NCBI GenBank assembly: GCA_964016885.1
Contig: OZ024740.1
Location: 138,136,001 to 138,200,000 of the forward strand
Length of the DNA: 64,000 nucleotides
Reading direction: 5' to 3'
Origin: Eledone cirrhosa
Taxonomy: Eukaryota
Shown here: piece by piece, positions 1 through 15,000 of the stretch
Numbering within the stretch: position 1 is the stretch's first letter
Layout: every line of letters starts with the position of its first letter
Made by a program: the position numbers and the translations under genes
The notes under the pieces: model-generated
Told to the model about the DNA's origin: nothing
The model's database searches: none
What the model saw: the letters and a program-made list of their open reading frames with translations, nothing else

Positions 1-89
1 TTTCTCTCAATCTCCAATTCTCTCTTTCTCTTATCACTTTTTTCTCAATCTCCAATTCTCTCTTTCTCTTATCACTTTTCTCTCAATCT

Positions 90-3000
90 CCAATTCTCTC
101 TCTCTCTTATCACTTTCTCTCTCAATCTCCAATTCTCTCTTTTTCCTATCACTTTTCCCTCAATCTCCAATTCTCTCTTTCTCTTATCACTTTTCTCTCA
201 ATCTCCAATTCTCCCTTTCTCTTATCACTTTTCTCTCAATCTCCAATTCTCTCTTTTTCTTATCACTTTTCCCTCAATCTCTAATTCTCTCTGTTTCTTA
301 TCACTTTTCCCCCAATCTCCAATTCTCTCTTTCTCTTATCACTTTTCTCTCAATCTCCAATTCTCTCTTTCTCTTATCACTTTTCTCTCAATATCCAAAT
401 CTCTCTCTCTCTTATCACTTTTCTCTCAATCTCCAATTCTCTCTTTCTCTTATCACTTTTCTCCCAATCTCCAATACTCTCTGTTTCTTATCACTTTTCT
501 CTCAATCTCCAATTCTCTCTTTCTCTTATCACTTTTCTCTCAATCTCCAATTCTCTCTTTCTCTTATCACTTTTCTCTCAATCTCATATTCTCTCTTTCT
601 CTTATTACTTTTCTCTCAATCTCCAATTCTCTCTTTCTCATATCACTTTTCTCTCAATCCCCGATTTTCTCTTTCTCTTATCACATTTCTCTCAATCTCC
701 ACTTCTCCCTTTCTTTTATCACTTTTCTCTCAACCTCCCATTCTCTCTTTCTCTTATGACTTTTCTCTCAATCACCAATTCTCTCTGTCTCTTATCACTT
801 TTCTCTCAATCACCAATTCTCTCTGTTTCTTATCACTTTTCTCTCAATCTCTAATTCTCTCTTTCTCTTATGACTTTTCTCTCAATCACCAATTCTCTCT
901 GTCTCTGATCACTTTTCACTCAATCTCCAATTCTCTCTTTCTCTTATCACTTTTCTCTCAATCTCCAATTCTCTCTTACTCTTATCACTTTTCTCTTAAT
1001 CTCCAATTCTCTGTTTCTCTCATCACTTTTCTCTCAATCTCCAATTCTCTTTTTCTCTTATCACTTTTCTCTCAATCTCCAATTCTCTCTTTCTCTTATC
1101 ACTTTTCTCTCAATATCCAATTCTCTCTTTCTCTTATCACTTTTCTCTCAATCTCCAATCCTCTCTTTCTCTTATCACTTTTCTCTCAATGTCCAATTCT
1201 CTCTGTTTCTTATCACTTTTCTCTCAATCTCCAATTCTCTCTTTCTCTTATCACTTTTCTCTCAATCTCCAATTCTCTCTTTCTCTTATCACTTTTCTCT
1301 CAATCTCCAATTCTCTCTCTCTCTTATCACTTTTCTCTCAATCTCCAATTCTCCCTTTCTCTTATCACTTTTCTCTCAATCTCCAATTCTCTCTTTTTCT
1401 GATCACTTTTCTCTCAATCTCTAATTCTCTCTGTTTCTTATCACTTTTCCCCCAATCTCCAATTCTCTCTTTCTCTTATCACTTTTCTCTCAATCTCCAA
1501 TTCTCTCTTTCTCTTATCACTTTTCTCCCAATCTCCAATTCTCTCTGTTTCTTATCACTTTTCTCTCAATCTCCAATTCTCTCTTTCTCTTATCACTTTT
1601 CTCTCAATATCCGATTCTCTCTCTCTCTTATCACTTTTCTCTCAATCTCCAATTCTCTCTTTCTCTTATCACTTTTCTCCCAATCTCCAATTCTCTCTGT
1701 TTCTTATCACTTTTCTCTCAATCTCCAATTCTCTCTTTCTCTTATCACTTTTCTCTCAATCTCCAATTCTCTCTTTCTCTTATCACTTTTCTCTCAATCT
1801 CCAATTCTCTCTTTCTCTTATCACTTTTCTCTCAATCTCCAATTCTCTCTCTCTCTTATCACTTTCTCTCTCAATCTCCAATTCTCTCTTTTTCCTATCA
1901 CTTTTCCCTCAATCTCCAATTCTCTCTTTCTCTTATCACTTTTCTCTCAATCTCCAATTCTCCCTTTCTCTTATAACTTTTCTCTCAATCTCCAATTCTC
2001 TCTTTTTCTTATCACTTTTCCCTCAATCTCTAATTCTCTCTGTTTCTTATCACTTTTCCCCCAATCTCCAATTCTCTCTTTCTCTTATCACTTTTCTCTC
2101 AATCTCCAATTCTCTCTTTCTCTTATCACTTTTCTCTCAATATCCAAATCTCTCTCTCTCTTATCACTTTTCTCTCAATCTCCAATTCTCTCTTTCTCTT
2201 ATCACTTTTCTCCCAATCTCCAATACTCTCTGTTTCTTATCACTTTTCTCTCAATCTCCAATTCTCTCTTTCTCTTATCACTTTTCTCTCAATCTCCAAT
2301 TCTCTCTTTCTCTTATCACTTTTCTCTCAATCTCATATTCTCTCTTTCTCTTATTACTTTTCTCTCAATCTCCAATTCTCTCTTTCTCATATCACTTTTC
2401 TCTCAATCCCCGATTTTCTCTTTCTCTTATCACATTTCTCTCAATCTCCACTTCTCCCTTTCTTTTATCACTTTTCTCTCAACCTCCCATTCTCTCTTTC
2501 TCTTATGACTTTTCTCTCAATCACCAATTCTCTCTGTCTCTTATCACTTTTCTCTCAATCACCAATTCTCTCTGTTTCTTATCACTTTTCTCTCAATCTC
2601 TAATTCTCTCTTTCTCTTATCACTTTTCTCTCAATCTCCAATTCTCTCTTTCTCTTATCACTTTTCCCTCAATTTCCAAATCTCTCTTTCTCTTATCACT
2701 TTTCTCTCAATCTCCAATTCTCTCTTTCTCTTATCACTTTTCTCTCAATCTCCAATTCTCTCTTTCTCTCATCACTTTTCTCTCAATCTCCAATTCTCTC
2801 TTTCTCTTATCACTTTTCTCCCAATCTCCAATTCTCTCTGTTTCTTATCACTTTTCTCTCAATCTCCAATTCTCTCTTTCTCTTATCACTTTTCTCTCAA
2901 TCTCCAATTCTCTCTTTCTCTTATCACTTTTCTCTCAATCTCCAATTCTCTGTTTCTCTTATCACTTTTCTCTCAATCTCCAATTCTCTCTCTCTCTTAT

Positions 3001-4100
3001 CACTTTCTCTCTCAATCTCCAATTCTCTCTTTTTCCTATCACTTTTCCCTCAATCTCCAATTCTCTCTTTCTCTTATCACTTTTCCCCCAATCTCCAATT
3101 CTCTCTTTCTCTTATCACTTTTCTCTCAATCTCCAATTCTCTCTTTCTCTTATCACTTTTCTCCCAATCTCCAATTCTCTCTGTTTCTTATCACTTTTCT
3201 CTCAATCCCCAATTCTCTCTTTCTCTTATCACTTTTCTCTCAATATCCAATTCTCTCTTTCTCTTATCACTTTTCTCTCAATCTCCAATTCTCTCTTTCT
3301 CTTATCACTTTTCTCTCAATCTCCAATTCTCTCTCTCTCTTATCACTTTCTCTCTCAATCTCCAATTCTCTCTTTTTCCTATCACTTTTCCCTCAATCTC
3401 CAATTCTCTCTTTCTCTTATCACTTTTCTCTCAATCTCCAATTCTCCCTTTCTCTTATCACTTTTCTCTCAATCTCCAATTCTCTCTTTTTCTTATCACT
3501 TTTCCCTCAATCTCTAATTCTCTCTGTTTCTTATCACTTTTCCCCCAATCTCCAATTCTCTCTTTCTCTTATCACTTTTCTCTCAATCTCCAATTCTCTC
3601 TTTCTCTTATCACTTTTCTCTCAATATCCAAATCTCTCTCTCTCTTATCACTTTTCTCTCAATCTCCAATTCTCTCTTTCTCTTATCACTTTTCTCCCAA
3701 TCTCCAATACTCTCTGTTTCTTATCACTTTTCTCTCAATCTCCAATTCTCTCTTTCTCTTATCACTTTTCTCTCAATCTCCAATTCTCTCTTTCTCTTAT
3801 CACTTTTCTCTCAATCTCATATTCTCTCTTTCTCTTATTACTTTTCTCTCAATCTCCAATTCTCTCTTTCTCATATCACTTTTCTCTCAATCCCCGATTT
3901 TCTCTTTCTCTTATCACATTTCTCTCAATCTCCACTTCTCCCTTTCTTTTATCACTTTTCTCTCAACCTCCCATTCTCTCTTTCTCTTATGACTTTTCTC
4001 TCAATCACCAATTCTCTCTGTCTCTTATCACTTTTCTCTCAATCACCAATTCTCTCTGTTTCTTATCACTTTTCTCTCAATCTCTAATTCTCTCTTTCTC
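90..4100 (+). repeat. Three copies of a ~0.8 kb higher-order block (~90-870, ~1840-2620, ~3320-4100)
   Basis: A CCAATACTCT variant that I saw with this context only here lies at 476, 2225 and 3709, and the CCCCGATT G lies at 663, 2412 and 3896. Both give offsets of 1749 and 1484 bp. Confidence 0.9.
571..836 (+). repeat. Diverged 7-monomer (266 bp) marker cassette, first of 13 full copies (starts ~571, 2320, 3804, 6618, 12776, 23876, 26348, 31518, 34788, 37638, 40945, 44024, 47332)
   Basis: Fixed order of variants: TCTCATATT..TTATTAC / CTCATATCAC / AATCCCCGATTTT / ATTT..CCACTTCTCCCTTTCTTTT / AACCTCCCATT..TTATGAC / AATCACC..TGTCTC / AATCACC..TGTTTC. Confidence 0.93.
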
Positions 4101-6099
4101 TTATCACTTTTCTCTCAATCTCCAATTCTCTCTTTCTCTTATCACTTTTCCCTCAATTTCCAATTCTCTCTTTCTCTTATCACTTTTCTCTCAATCTCCA
4201 ATTCTCTCTTTCTCTTATCACTTTTCTCTCAATCTCCAATTCTCTCTTTCTCTCATCACTTTTCTCTCAATCTCCAATTCTCTCTTTCTCTTATCACTTT
4301 TCTCTCAATCTCCAATTCTCCCTTTCTCTTATCACTTTTCTCTCAATCTCCAATTCTCTCTTTTTCTTATCACTTTTCTCTCAATCTCTAATTCTCTCTG
4401 TTTCTTATCACTTTTCCCCCAATCTCCAATTCTCTCTTTCTCTTATCACTTTTCTCTCAATCTCCAATTCTCTCTTTCTCTTATCACTTTTCTCCCAATC
4501 TCCAATTCTCTCTGTCTCTTATCACTTTTCTCTCAATCTCCAATTCTCTCTTTCTCTTATCACTTTTCTCTCAATATCCAATTCTCTCTCTCTCTTATCA
4601 CTTTTCTCTCAATCTCCAATTCTCTCTTTCTCTTATCACTTTTCTCCCAATCTCCAATTCTCTCTGTTTCTTATCACTTTTCTCTCAATCTCCAATTCTC
4701 TCTTTCTCTTATCACTTTTCTCTCAATCTCCAATTCTCTCTTTCTCTTATCACTTTTCTCTCAATCTCCAATTCTCTGTTTCTCTTATCACTTTTCTCTC
4801 AATCTCCAATTCTCTCTCTCTCTTATCACTTTCTCTCTCAATCTCCAATTCTCTCTTTTTCCTATCACTTTTCCCTCAATCTCCAATTCTCTCTTTCTCT
4901 TATCACTTTTCCCCCAATCTCCAATTCTCTCTTTCTCTTATCACTTTTCTCTCAATCTCCAATTCTCTCTTTCTCTTATCACTTTTCTCCCAATCTCCAA
5001 TTCTCTCTGTTTCTTATCACTTTTCTCTCAATCCCCAATTCTCTCTTTCTCTTATCACTTTTCTCTCAATATCCAATTCTCTCTTTCTCTTATCACTTTT
5101 CTCTCAATCTCCAATTCTCTCTTTCTCTTATCACTTTTCTCCCAATCTCCAATTCTCTCTGTTTCTTATCACTTTTCTCTCAATCTCCAATTCTCTCTTT
5201 CTCTTATCACTTTTCTCTCAATCTCCAATTCTCTCTTTCTCTTATCACTTTTCTCTCAATCTCCAATTCTCTCTTTCTCTTATCACTTTTCTCTCAATCT
5301 CCAATTCTCTCTCTCTCTTATCACTTTTTCTCTCAATCTCCAATTCTCTCTTTTTCTTATCACTTTTCCCTCAATCTCCAATTCTCTCTTTCTCTTATCA
5401 CTTTTCTCTCAATCTCCAATTCTCTCTTTCTCTTATCACTTTTCTCTCAATCTCCAATTCTCTCTTTCTCTTATCACTTTTCTCTCAATCTCCAATCCTC
5501 TCTTTCTCTTATCACTTTTCTCTCAATGTCCAATTCTCTCTGTTTCTTATCACTTTTCTCTCAATCTCCAATTCTCTCTTTCTCTTATCACTTTTCTCTC
5601 AATCTCCAATTCTCTCTTTCTCTTATCACTTTTCTCTCAATCTCCAATTCTCTCTTTCTCTTATCACTTTTCTCTCAATCTCCAATTCTCTCTCTCTCTT
5701 ATCACTTTCTCTCTCAATCTCCAATTCTCTCTTTCTCTTATCACTTTTCTCTCAATATCCAATTCTCTCTCTCTCTTATCACTTTTCTCTCAATCTCCAA
5801 TTCTCTCTTTCTCTTATCACTTTTCTCCCAATCTACAATTCTCTCTGTTTCTTATCACTTTCTCTCAATCTCCAATTCTCTCTTTCTCTTATCACTTTTC
5901 TCTCAATCTCCAATTCTCTCTTTCTCTTATCACTTTTCTCTCAATCTCCAATTCTCTCTTTCTCTTATCACTTTTCTCTCAATCTCCAATTCTCTCTTTC
6001 TCTTCTCACTTTTCCCCCAATCTCCAATTCTCTCTTTCTCTTATCACTTTTCTCTCAATCTCCAATTCTCTCTTTCTCTTATCACTTTTCTCTCAATCT

Positions 6100-9000
6100 C
6101 CAATTCTCTCTTTCTCTTATCACTTTTCCCCCAATTTCCAATTCTCTATTTCTCTTCTCACTTTTCCCCCTATATCCAATTCTCTCTTTCTCTCATCACT
6201 TTTCTCTCAATCTCCAATTCTCTCTTTCTCTTATCACTTTTCTCTCAATCTCCAATTCTCTCTTTCTCTTACCACTTTTCTCTCAATCTCCAATTCTCTC
6301 TTTCTCTTATCACTTTTCTTTCAATCTCCAATTCTCTCTTTCTCTTATCACTTTTCTCTCAATCTCCAATTCTCTCTTTCTCTTATCACTTTTCTCTCAA
6401 TCTCCAATTCTCTCTTTCTCTTATCACTTTTCTCTCAATCTCCAATTCTCTCTTTCTCTTATCACTTTTCTCTCAATCTCCAATTCTCTCTTTCTCTTAT
6501 CACTTTTCTCTCAATCTCCAATTCTCCCTTTCTCTTATCACTTTTCTCACAATCTCCAATTCTCTCTTTTTCTTATCACTTTTCTCTCAATGTCTAATTC
6601 TCTCTGTTTCTTATCACTTTTCTCTCAATCTCATATTCTCTCTTTCTCTTATTACTTTTCTCTCAATCTCCAATTCTCTCTTTCTCATATCACTTTTCTC
6701 TCAATCCCCGATTTTCTCTTTCTCTTATCACATTTCTCTCAATCTCCACTTCTCCCTTTCTTTTATCACTTTTCTCTCAACCTCCCATTCTCTCTTTCTC
6801 TTATGACTTTTCTCTCAATCACCAATTCTCTCTGTCTCTTATCACTTTTCTCTCAATCACCAATTCTCTCTGTTTCTTATCACTTTTCTCTCAATCTCCA
6901 ATTCTCTCTTTCTCTTATCACTTTTCTCTCAATCTCCAATTCTCTCTTTCTCTTATCACTTTTCCCTCAATCTCCAATTCTCTCTTTCTCTTATCACTTT
7001 TCTCTCAATCTCCAATTCTCTCTTTCTCTTATGACTTTTCTCTCAATCACCAATTCTCTCTGTCTCTGATCACTTTTCACTCAATCTTCAATTCTCTATT
7101 TCTCTTATCACTTTTCTCTCAATCTCCAATTCTCTCTTACTCTTATCACTTTTCTCTCAATCTCCAATTCTCTCTTTCTCTCATCACTTTTCTCTCAATC
7201 TCCAATTCTCTTTTTCTCTTATCACTTTTCTCTCAATCTCCAATTCTCTCTTTCTCTTATCACTTTTCTCTCAATATCCAATTCTCTCTTTCTCTTATCA
7301 CTTTTCTCTCAATGTCCAATTCTCTCTGTTTCTTATCACTTTTCTCTCAATCTCCAATTCTCTCTTTCTCTTATCACTTTTCTCTCAATCTCCAATTCTC
7401 TCTTTCTCTTATCACTTTTCTCTCAATCTCCAATTACTCTTTCTCTTATCACTTTTCTCTCAATCTCCAATTCTCTCTTTCTCTTATCACTTTTCTCTAA
7501 ATCTCCAATTCTCCCTTTCTCTTATCACTTTTCTCTCAATCTCCAATTCTCTCTTTTTCTTATCACTTTTCTCTCAATCTCTAATTCTCTCTGTTTCTTA
7601 TCACTTTTCCCCCAATCTCCAATTCTCTCTTTTACTTATCACTTTTCTCTCAATCTCCAATTCTCTCTTTCTCTTATCACTTTTCTCCCAATCTCCAATT
7701 CTCTCTGTTTCTTATCACTTTCTCTCTCAATCTCCAATTCTCTCTTTCTCTTATCACTTTTCTCTCAATATCCAATTCTCTCTCTCTCTTATCACTTTTC
7801 TCTCAATCTCCAATTCTCTCTTTCTCTTAACACTTTTCTCCCAATCTCCAATTCTCTCTGTTTCTTATCACTTTTCTCTCAATATCCAATTCTCTCTCTC
7901 TCTTATCACTTTTCTCTCAATCTCCAATTCTCTCTTTCTCTTATCACTTTTCTCCCAATCTCCAATTCTCTCTGTTTCTTATCACTTTTCTCACAATCTC
8001 CAATTCTCTGTTTCTCTTATCACTTTTCTCTCAATCTCCAATTCTCTCTTTCTCTTATCACTTTTCTCTCAATCTCCAATTCTCTCTTTCTCTTATCACT
8101 TTTCTCTCAATCTCCAATTCTCTCTTTCTCTAATCACTTTTCTCTCAATCTCCAATTCTCTCTTTCTCTTCTCACTTTTCCCCCAATCTCCAATTCTCTC
8201 TTTCTCGTATCACTTTTCTCTCAATCTCCAATTCTCTCTTTCTCTTATCACTTTTCTCTCAATCTCCAATTCTCTCTTTCTCTTATCACTTTTCTCTCAA
8301 TCTGCAATTCTCTCTTTCTCTTATCACTTTTCCCCCAATTTCCAATTCTCTCTTTCTCTTCTCACTTTTCCCCCAATCTCCAATTCTCTCTTTCTCTCAT
8401 CACTTTTCTCTCAATCTCCAATTCTCTCTTTCTCTTATCACTTTTCTCTCAATCTCCAATTCTCTCTTTCTCTTATCACTTTTCTCTTAATCTCCAATTC
8501 TCTCTTTCTCTTATCACTTTTCTCTCAATCTCTAATGCTCTCTTTCTCTTATCACTTTTCTCTCAATCTCCAATTCTCTCTTTCTCTTATCACTTTTCTC
8601 TCAATCTCCAATTCTCTCTTTCTCTTATCACTTTTCTCTCAATCTCCAATTCTCTCTTTCTCTTATCACTTTTCTCTCAATCTCCAATTCTCTCTTTCTC
8701 TTATCACTTTTCTCTCAATCTCCAATTCTCCCTTTCTCTTATCACTTTTCTCTCAATCTCCAATTCTCTCTTTTTCTTATCACTTTTCTCTCAATGTCTA
8801 ATTCTGTCTGTTTCTTATCACTTTTCTCTCAATCTCCAATTCTCTCTTTCTGTTATCACTTTTCTCTCAATCTCCAATTCTCTCTTTCTCTTATCACTTT
8901 TCTCCCAATCTCCAATTCTCTGTTTCTTATCACTTTTCTCTCAATCTCCAATTCTCTCTTTCTCTTATCACTTTTCTCTCAATATCCAATTCTCTCTCTC

Positions 9001-12000
9001 TCTTATCACTTTTCTCTCAATCTCCAATTCTCTCTTTCTCTTATCACTTTTCTCCCAATCTCCAATTCTCTCTGTTTCTTATCACTTTTCTCTCAATCTC
9101 CAATTCTCTCTTTCTCTTATCACTTTTCTCTCAATCTCCATTTCTCTCTTTCTCTTATCACTTTTCTCTCAATCTCCAATTCTCTCTCTCTCTTATCACT
9201 TTCTCTCTCAATCTCCAATTCTCTCTTTTTCCTATCACTTTTCCCTCAATCTCCAATTCTCTCTTTCTCTTATGACTTTTCTCCCAATCTCCAATTCTCT
9301 CTTTCTCTTATCACTTTTCTCTCAATCTCCAATTCTCTCTTTCTCTTATCACTTTTCTCCCAATCTCCAATTCTCTCTGTTTCTTATCACTTTTCTCTCA
9401 ATCCCCAATTCTCTCTTTATCTTATCACTTTTCTCTCAATATCAAATTCTCTCTTTCTCTTATCACTTTTCTCTCAATCTCCAATTCTCTCTTTCTCTTA
9501 TCACTTTTCTCCCAATCTCCAATTCTCTCTGTTTCTTATCACTTTTCTCTCAATCTCCAATTCTCTCTTTCTCTTATCACTTTTCTCTCAATCTCCAATT
9601 CTCTCTTTCTCTTATCACTTTTCTCTCAATCTCCAATTCTCTCTTTCTCTTATCACTTTTCTCTCAATCTCCAATTCTCTCTTTCTCTTATCACTTTTCC
9701 CTCAATCTCCAATTCTCTCTTTCTCTTATCACTTTTCTCTCAATCTCCAATTCTCTCTTTCTCTTATGACTTTTCTCTCAATCACCAATTCTCTCTGTCT
9801 CTTATCACTTTTCTCTCAATCCCCAATTCTCTCTTTCTCTTATCACTTTTCTCTCAATCTCCAATTCTCTCTTTTTCTTATCACTTTTCTCTCAATCTCT
9901 AATTCTCTCTGTTTCTTATCACTTTTCCCCCAATCTCCAATTCTCTCTTTCTCTTATCACTTTTCTCCCAATTTCCAATTCTCTCTGTTTCTTATCACTT
10001 TTCTCTCAATCTCCAATTCTCTCTTTCTCTTATCACTTTTCTCTCAATATCCAATTCTCTCTCTCTCTTATCACTTTTCTCTCAATCTCCAATTCTCTCT
10101 TTCTCTTATCACTTTTCTCCCAATCTCCAATTCTCTCTGTTTCTTATCACTTTTCTCTCAATCTCCAATTCTCTCTTTCTCTTATCACTTTTCTCTCAAT
10201 ATCCAATTCTCTCTTTCTGTTATCACTTTTCTCTCAATCTCCAATTCTCTCTCTCTCTTATCACTTTCTCTCTCAATCTCCAATTCTCTCTTTTCCCTAT
10301 CACTTTTCCCTCAATCTCCAATTCTCTCTTTCTCTTATCACTTTTCCCCCAATCTCCAATTCTCTCTTTCTCTTATCACTTTTCTCTCAATCTCCAATTC
10401 TCTCTTTCTCTTATCACTTTTCTCCCAATCTCCAATTCTCTCTGTTTCTTATCACTTTTCTCTCAATCCCCAATTCTCTCTTTCTCTTATCACTTTTCTC
10501 TCAATATCCAATTCTCTCTTTCTCTTATCACTTTTCTCTCAATCTCCAATTCTCTCTTTCTCTTATCACTTTTCTCCCAATCTCCAATTCTCTCTGTTTC
10601 TTATCACTTTTCTCTCAATCTCCAATTCTCTCTCTCTCTTATCACTTTCTCTCTCAATCTCCAATTCTCTCTTTTTCTTATCACTTTTCCCTCAATCTCC
10701 AATTCTCTCTTTCTCTTATCACTTTTCTCTCAATCTCCAATTCTCTCTTTCTCTTATCACTTTTCTCTCAATCTCCAATTCTCTCTTTCTCTTATCACTT
10801 TTCTCTCAATCTCCAATCCTCTCTTTCTCTTATCACTTTTCTCTCAATGTCCAATTCTCTCTGTTTCTTATCACTTTTCTCTCAATCTCCAATTCTCTCT
10901 TTTTCTTATCACTTTTCTCTCAATGTCTAATTCTCTCTGTTTCTTATCACTTTTCTCTCAATCTCCAATTCTCTCTTTCTGTTATCACTTTTCTCTCAAT
11001 CTCCAATTCTCTCTTTCTCTTATCACTTTTCTCCCAATCTCCAATTCTCTGTTTCTTATCACTTTTCTCTCAATCTCCAATTCTCTCTTTCTCTTATCAC
11101 TTTTCTCTCAATATCCAATTCTCTCTCTCTCTCTTATCACTTTTCTCTCAATCTCCAATTCTCTCTTTCTCTTATCACTTTTCTCCCAATCTCCAATTCT
11201 CTCTGTTTCTTATCACTTTTCTCTCAATCTCCAATTCTCTCTTTCTCTTATCACTTTTCTCTCAATCTCCATTTCTCTCTTTCTCTTATCACTTTTCTCT
11301 CAATCTCCAATTCTCTCTCTCTCTTATCACTTTCTCTCTCAATCTCCAATTCTCTCTTTTTCCTATCACTTTTCCCTCAATCTCCAATTCTCTCTTTCTC
11401 TTATCACTTTTCTCCCAATCTCCAATTCTCTCTTTCTCTTATCACTTTTCTCTCAATCTCCAATTCTCTCTTTCTCTTATCACTTTTCTCCCAATCTCCA
11501 ATTCTCTCTGTTTCTTATCACTTTTCTCTCAATCCCCAATTCTCTCTTTCTCTTATCACTTTTCTCTCAATATCCAATTCTCTCTTTCTCTTATCACTTT
11601 TCTCTCAATCTCCAATTCTCTCTTTCTCTTATCACTTTTCTCCCAATCTCCAATTCTCTCTGTTTCTTATCACTTTTCTCTCAATCTCCAATTCTCTCTT
11701 TCTCTTATCACTTTTCTCTCAATCTCCAATTCTCTCTTTCTCTTATCACTCTTCTCTCAATCTCCAATTCTCTCTTTCTCTTATCACTTTTCCCTCAATC
11801 TCCAATTCTCTCTTTCTCTTATCACTTTTCTCTCAATCTCCAATTCTCTCTTTCTCTTATGACTTTTCTCTCAATCACCAATTCTCTCTGTCTCTGATCA
11901 CTTTTCTCTCAATCTCCAATTCTCTTTTTCTCTTATCACTTTTCTCTCAATATCCAATTCTCTCTTTCTCTTATCACTTTTCTCTCAATCTCCAATCCTC

Positions 12001-15000
12001 TCTTTCTCTCATCACTTTTCTCTCAATGTCCAATTCTCTCTGTTTCTTATCACTTTTCTCTCAATCTCCAATTCTCTCTTTCTCTTATCACTTTTCTCTC
12101 AATCTCCAATTCTCTTTTTCTCTTATCACTTTTCTCTCAATCTCCAATTCTCTCTTTCTCTTATCACTTTTCTCTCAATCTCCAATTCTCTCTTTCTCTT
12201 ATCACTTTTCTCTCAATCTCCAATTCTCCCTTTCTCTTATCACTTTTCTCTCAATCTCCAATTCTCTCTTTCTCTTATCACTTTTCCCCCAATTTCCAAT
12301 TCTCTCTTTCTCTTCTCACTTTTCCCCCTATCTCCAATTCTCTCTTTCTCTCATCACTTTTCTCTCAATCTCCAATTCTCTCTTTCTCTTATCACTTTTC
12401 TCTCAATCTCCAATTCTCTCTTTCTCTTATCACTTTTCTCTCAATCTCCAATTCTCTCTTTCTCTTATCACTTTTCTTTCAATCTCCAATTCTCTCTTTC
12501 TCTTATCACTTTTCTCTCAATCTCCAATTCTCTCTTTCTCTTATCACTTTTCTCTCAATCTCCAATTCTCTGTTTCCCTTATCACTTTTCTCTCAATCTC
12601 CAATTCTCTCTTTCTCTTATCACTTTTCTCTCAATCTCCAATTCTCTCTTTCTCTTATCACTTTTCTCTCAATCTCCAATTCTCCCTTTCTCTTATCACT
12701 TTTCTCACAATCTCCAATTCTCTCTTTTTCTTATCACTTTTCTCTCAATGTCTAATTCTCTCTGTTTCTTATCACTTTTCTCTCAATCTCATATTCTCTC
12801 TTTCTCTTATTACTTTTCTCTCAATCTCCAATTCTCTCTTTCTCATATCACTTTTCTCTCAATCCCCGATTTTCTCTTTCTCTTATCACATTTCTCTCAA
12901 TCTCCACTTCTCCCTTTCTTTTATCACTTTTCTCTCAACCTCCCATTCTCTCTTTCTCTTATGACTTTTCTCTCAATCACCAATTCTCTCTGTCTCTTAT
13001 CACTTTTCTCTCAATCACCAATTCTCTCTGTTTCTTATCACTTTTCTCTCAATCTCCAATTCTCTCTTTCTCTTATCACTTTTCTCTCAATCTCCAATTC
13101 TCTCTTTCTCTTATCACTTTTCCCTCAATCTCCAATTCTCTCTTTCTCTTATCACTTTTCTCTCAATCTCCAATTCTCTCTTTCTCTTATGACTTTTCTC
13201 TCAATCACCAATTCTCTCTGTCTCTGATCACTTTTCACTCAATCTTCAATTCTCTATTTCTCTTATCACTTTTCTCTCAATCTCCAATTCTCTCTTACTC
13301 TTATCACTTTTCTCTCAATCTCCAATTCTCTCTTTCTCTCATCACTTTTCTCTCAATCTCCAATTCTCTTTTTCTCTTATCACTTTTCTCTCAATCTCCA
13401 ATTCTCTCTTTCTCTTATCACTTTTCTCTCAATATCCAATTCTCTCTTTCTCTTATCACTTTTCTCTCAATGTCCAATTCTCTCTGTTTCTTATCACTTT
13501 TCTCTCAATCTCCAATTCTCTCTTTCTCTTATCACTTTTCTCTCAATCTCCAATTCTCTCTTTCTCTTATCACTTTTCTCTCAATCTCCAATTACTCTTT
13601 CTCTTATCACTTTTCTCTCAATCTCCAATTCTCTCTTTCTCTTATCACTTTTCTCTCAATCTCCAATTCTCCCTTTCTCTTATCACTTTTCTCTCAATCT
13701 CCAATTCTCTCTTTTTCTTATCACTTTTCTCTCAATCTCTAATTCTCTCTGTTTCTTATCACTTTTCCCCCAATCTCCAATTCTCTCTTTTACTTATCAC
13801 TTTTCTCTCAATCTCCAATTCTCTCTTTCTCTTATCACTTTTCTCCCAATCTCCAATTCTCTCTGTTTCTTATCACTTTCTCTCTCAATCTCCAATTCTC
13901 TCTTTCTCTTATCACTTTTCTCTCAATATCCAATTCTCTCTCTCTCTTATCACTTTTCTCTCAATCTCCAATTCTCTCTTTCTCTTAACACTTTTCTCCC
14001 AATCTCCAATTCTCTCTGTTTCTTATCACTTTTCTCTCAATATCCAATTCTCTCTCTCTCTTATCACTTTTCTCTCAATCTCCAATTCTCTCTTTCTCTT
14101 ATCACTTTTCTCCCAATCTCCAATTCTCTCTGTTTCTTATCACTTTTCTCACAATCTCCAATTCTCTGTTTCTCTTATCACTTTTCTCTCAATCTCCAAT
14201 TCTCTCTTTCTCTTATCACTTTTCTCTCAATCTCCAATTCTCTCTTTCTCTTATCACTTTTCTCTCAATATCCAATTCTCTCTTTCTCTAATCACTTTTC
14301 TCTCAATCTCCAATTCTCTCTTTCTCTTCTCACTTTTCCCCCAATCTCCAATTCTCTCTTTCTCGTATCACTTTTCTCTCAATCTCCAATTCTCTCTTTC
14401 TCTTATCACTTTTCTCTCAATCTCCAATTCTCTCTTTCTCTTATCACTTTTCTCTCAATCTGCAATTCTCTCTTTCTCTTATCACTTTTCCCCCAATTTC
14501 CAATTCTCTCTTTCTCTTCTCACTTTTCCCCCAATCTCCAATTCTCTCTTTCTCTCATCACTTTTCTCTCAATCTCCAATTCTCTCTTTCTCTTATCACT
14601 TTTCTCTCAATCTCCAATTCTCTCTTTCTCTTATCACTTTTCTCTTAATCTCCAATTCTCTCTTTCTCTTATCACTTTTCTCTCAATCTCTAATGCTCTC
14701 TTTCTCTTATCACTTTTCTCTCAATCTCCAATTCTCTCTTTCTCTTATCACTTTTCTCTCAATCTCCAATTCTCTCTTTCTCTTATCACTTTTCTCTCAA
14801 TCTCCAATTCAATCTTTCTCTTATCACTTTTCTCTCAATCTCCAATTCTCTCTTTCTCTTATCACTTTTCTCTCAATCTCCAATTCTCCCTTTCTCTTAT
14901 CACTTTTCTCTCAATCTCCAATTCTCTCTTTTTCTTATCACTTTTCTCTCAATGTCTAATTCTCTCTGTTTCTTATCACTTTTCTCTCAATCTCCAATTC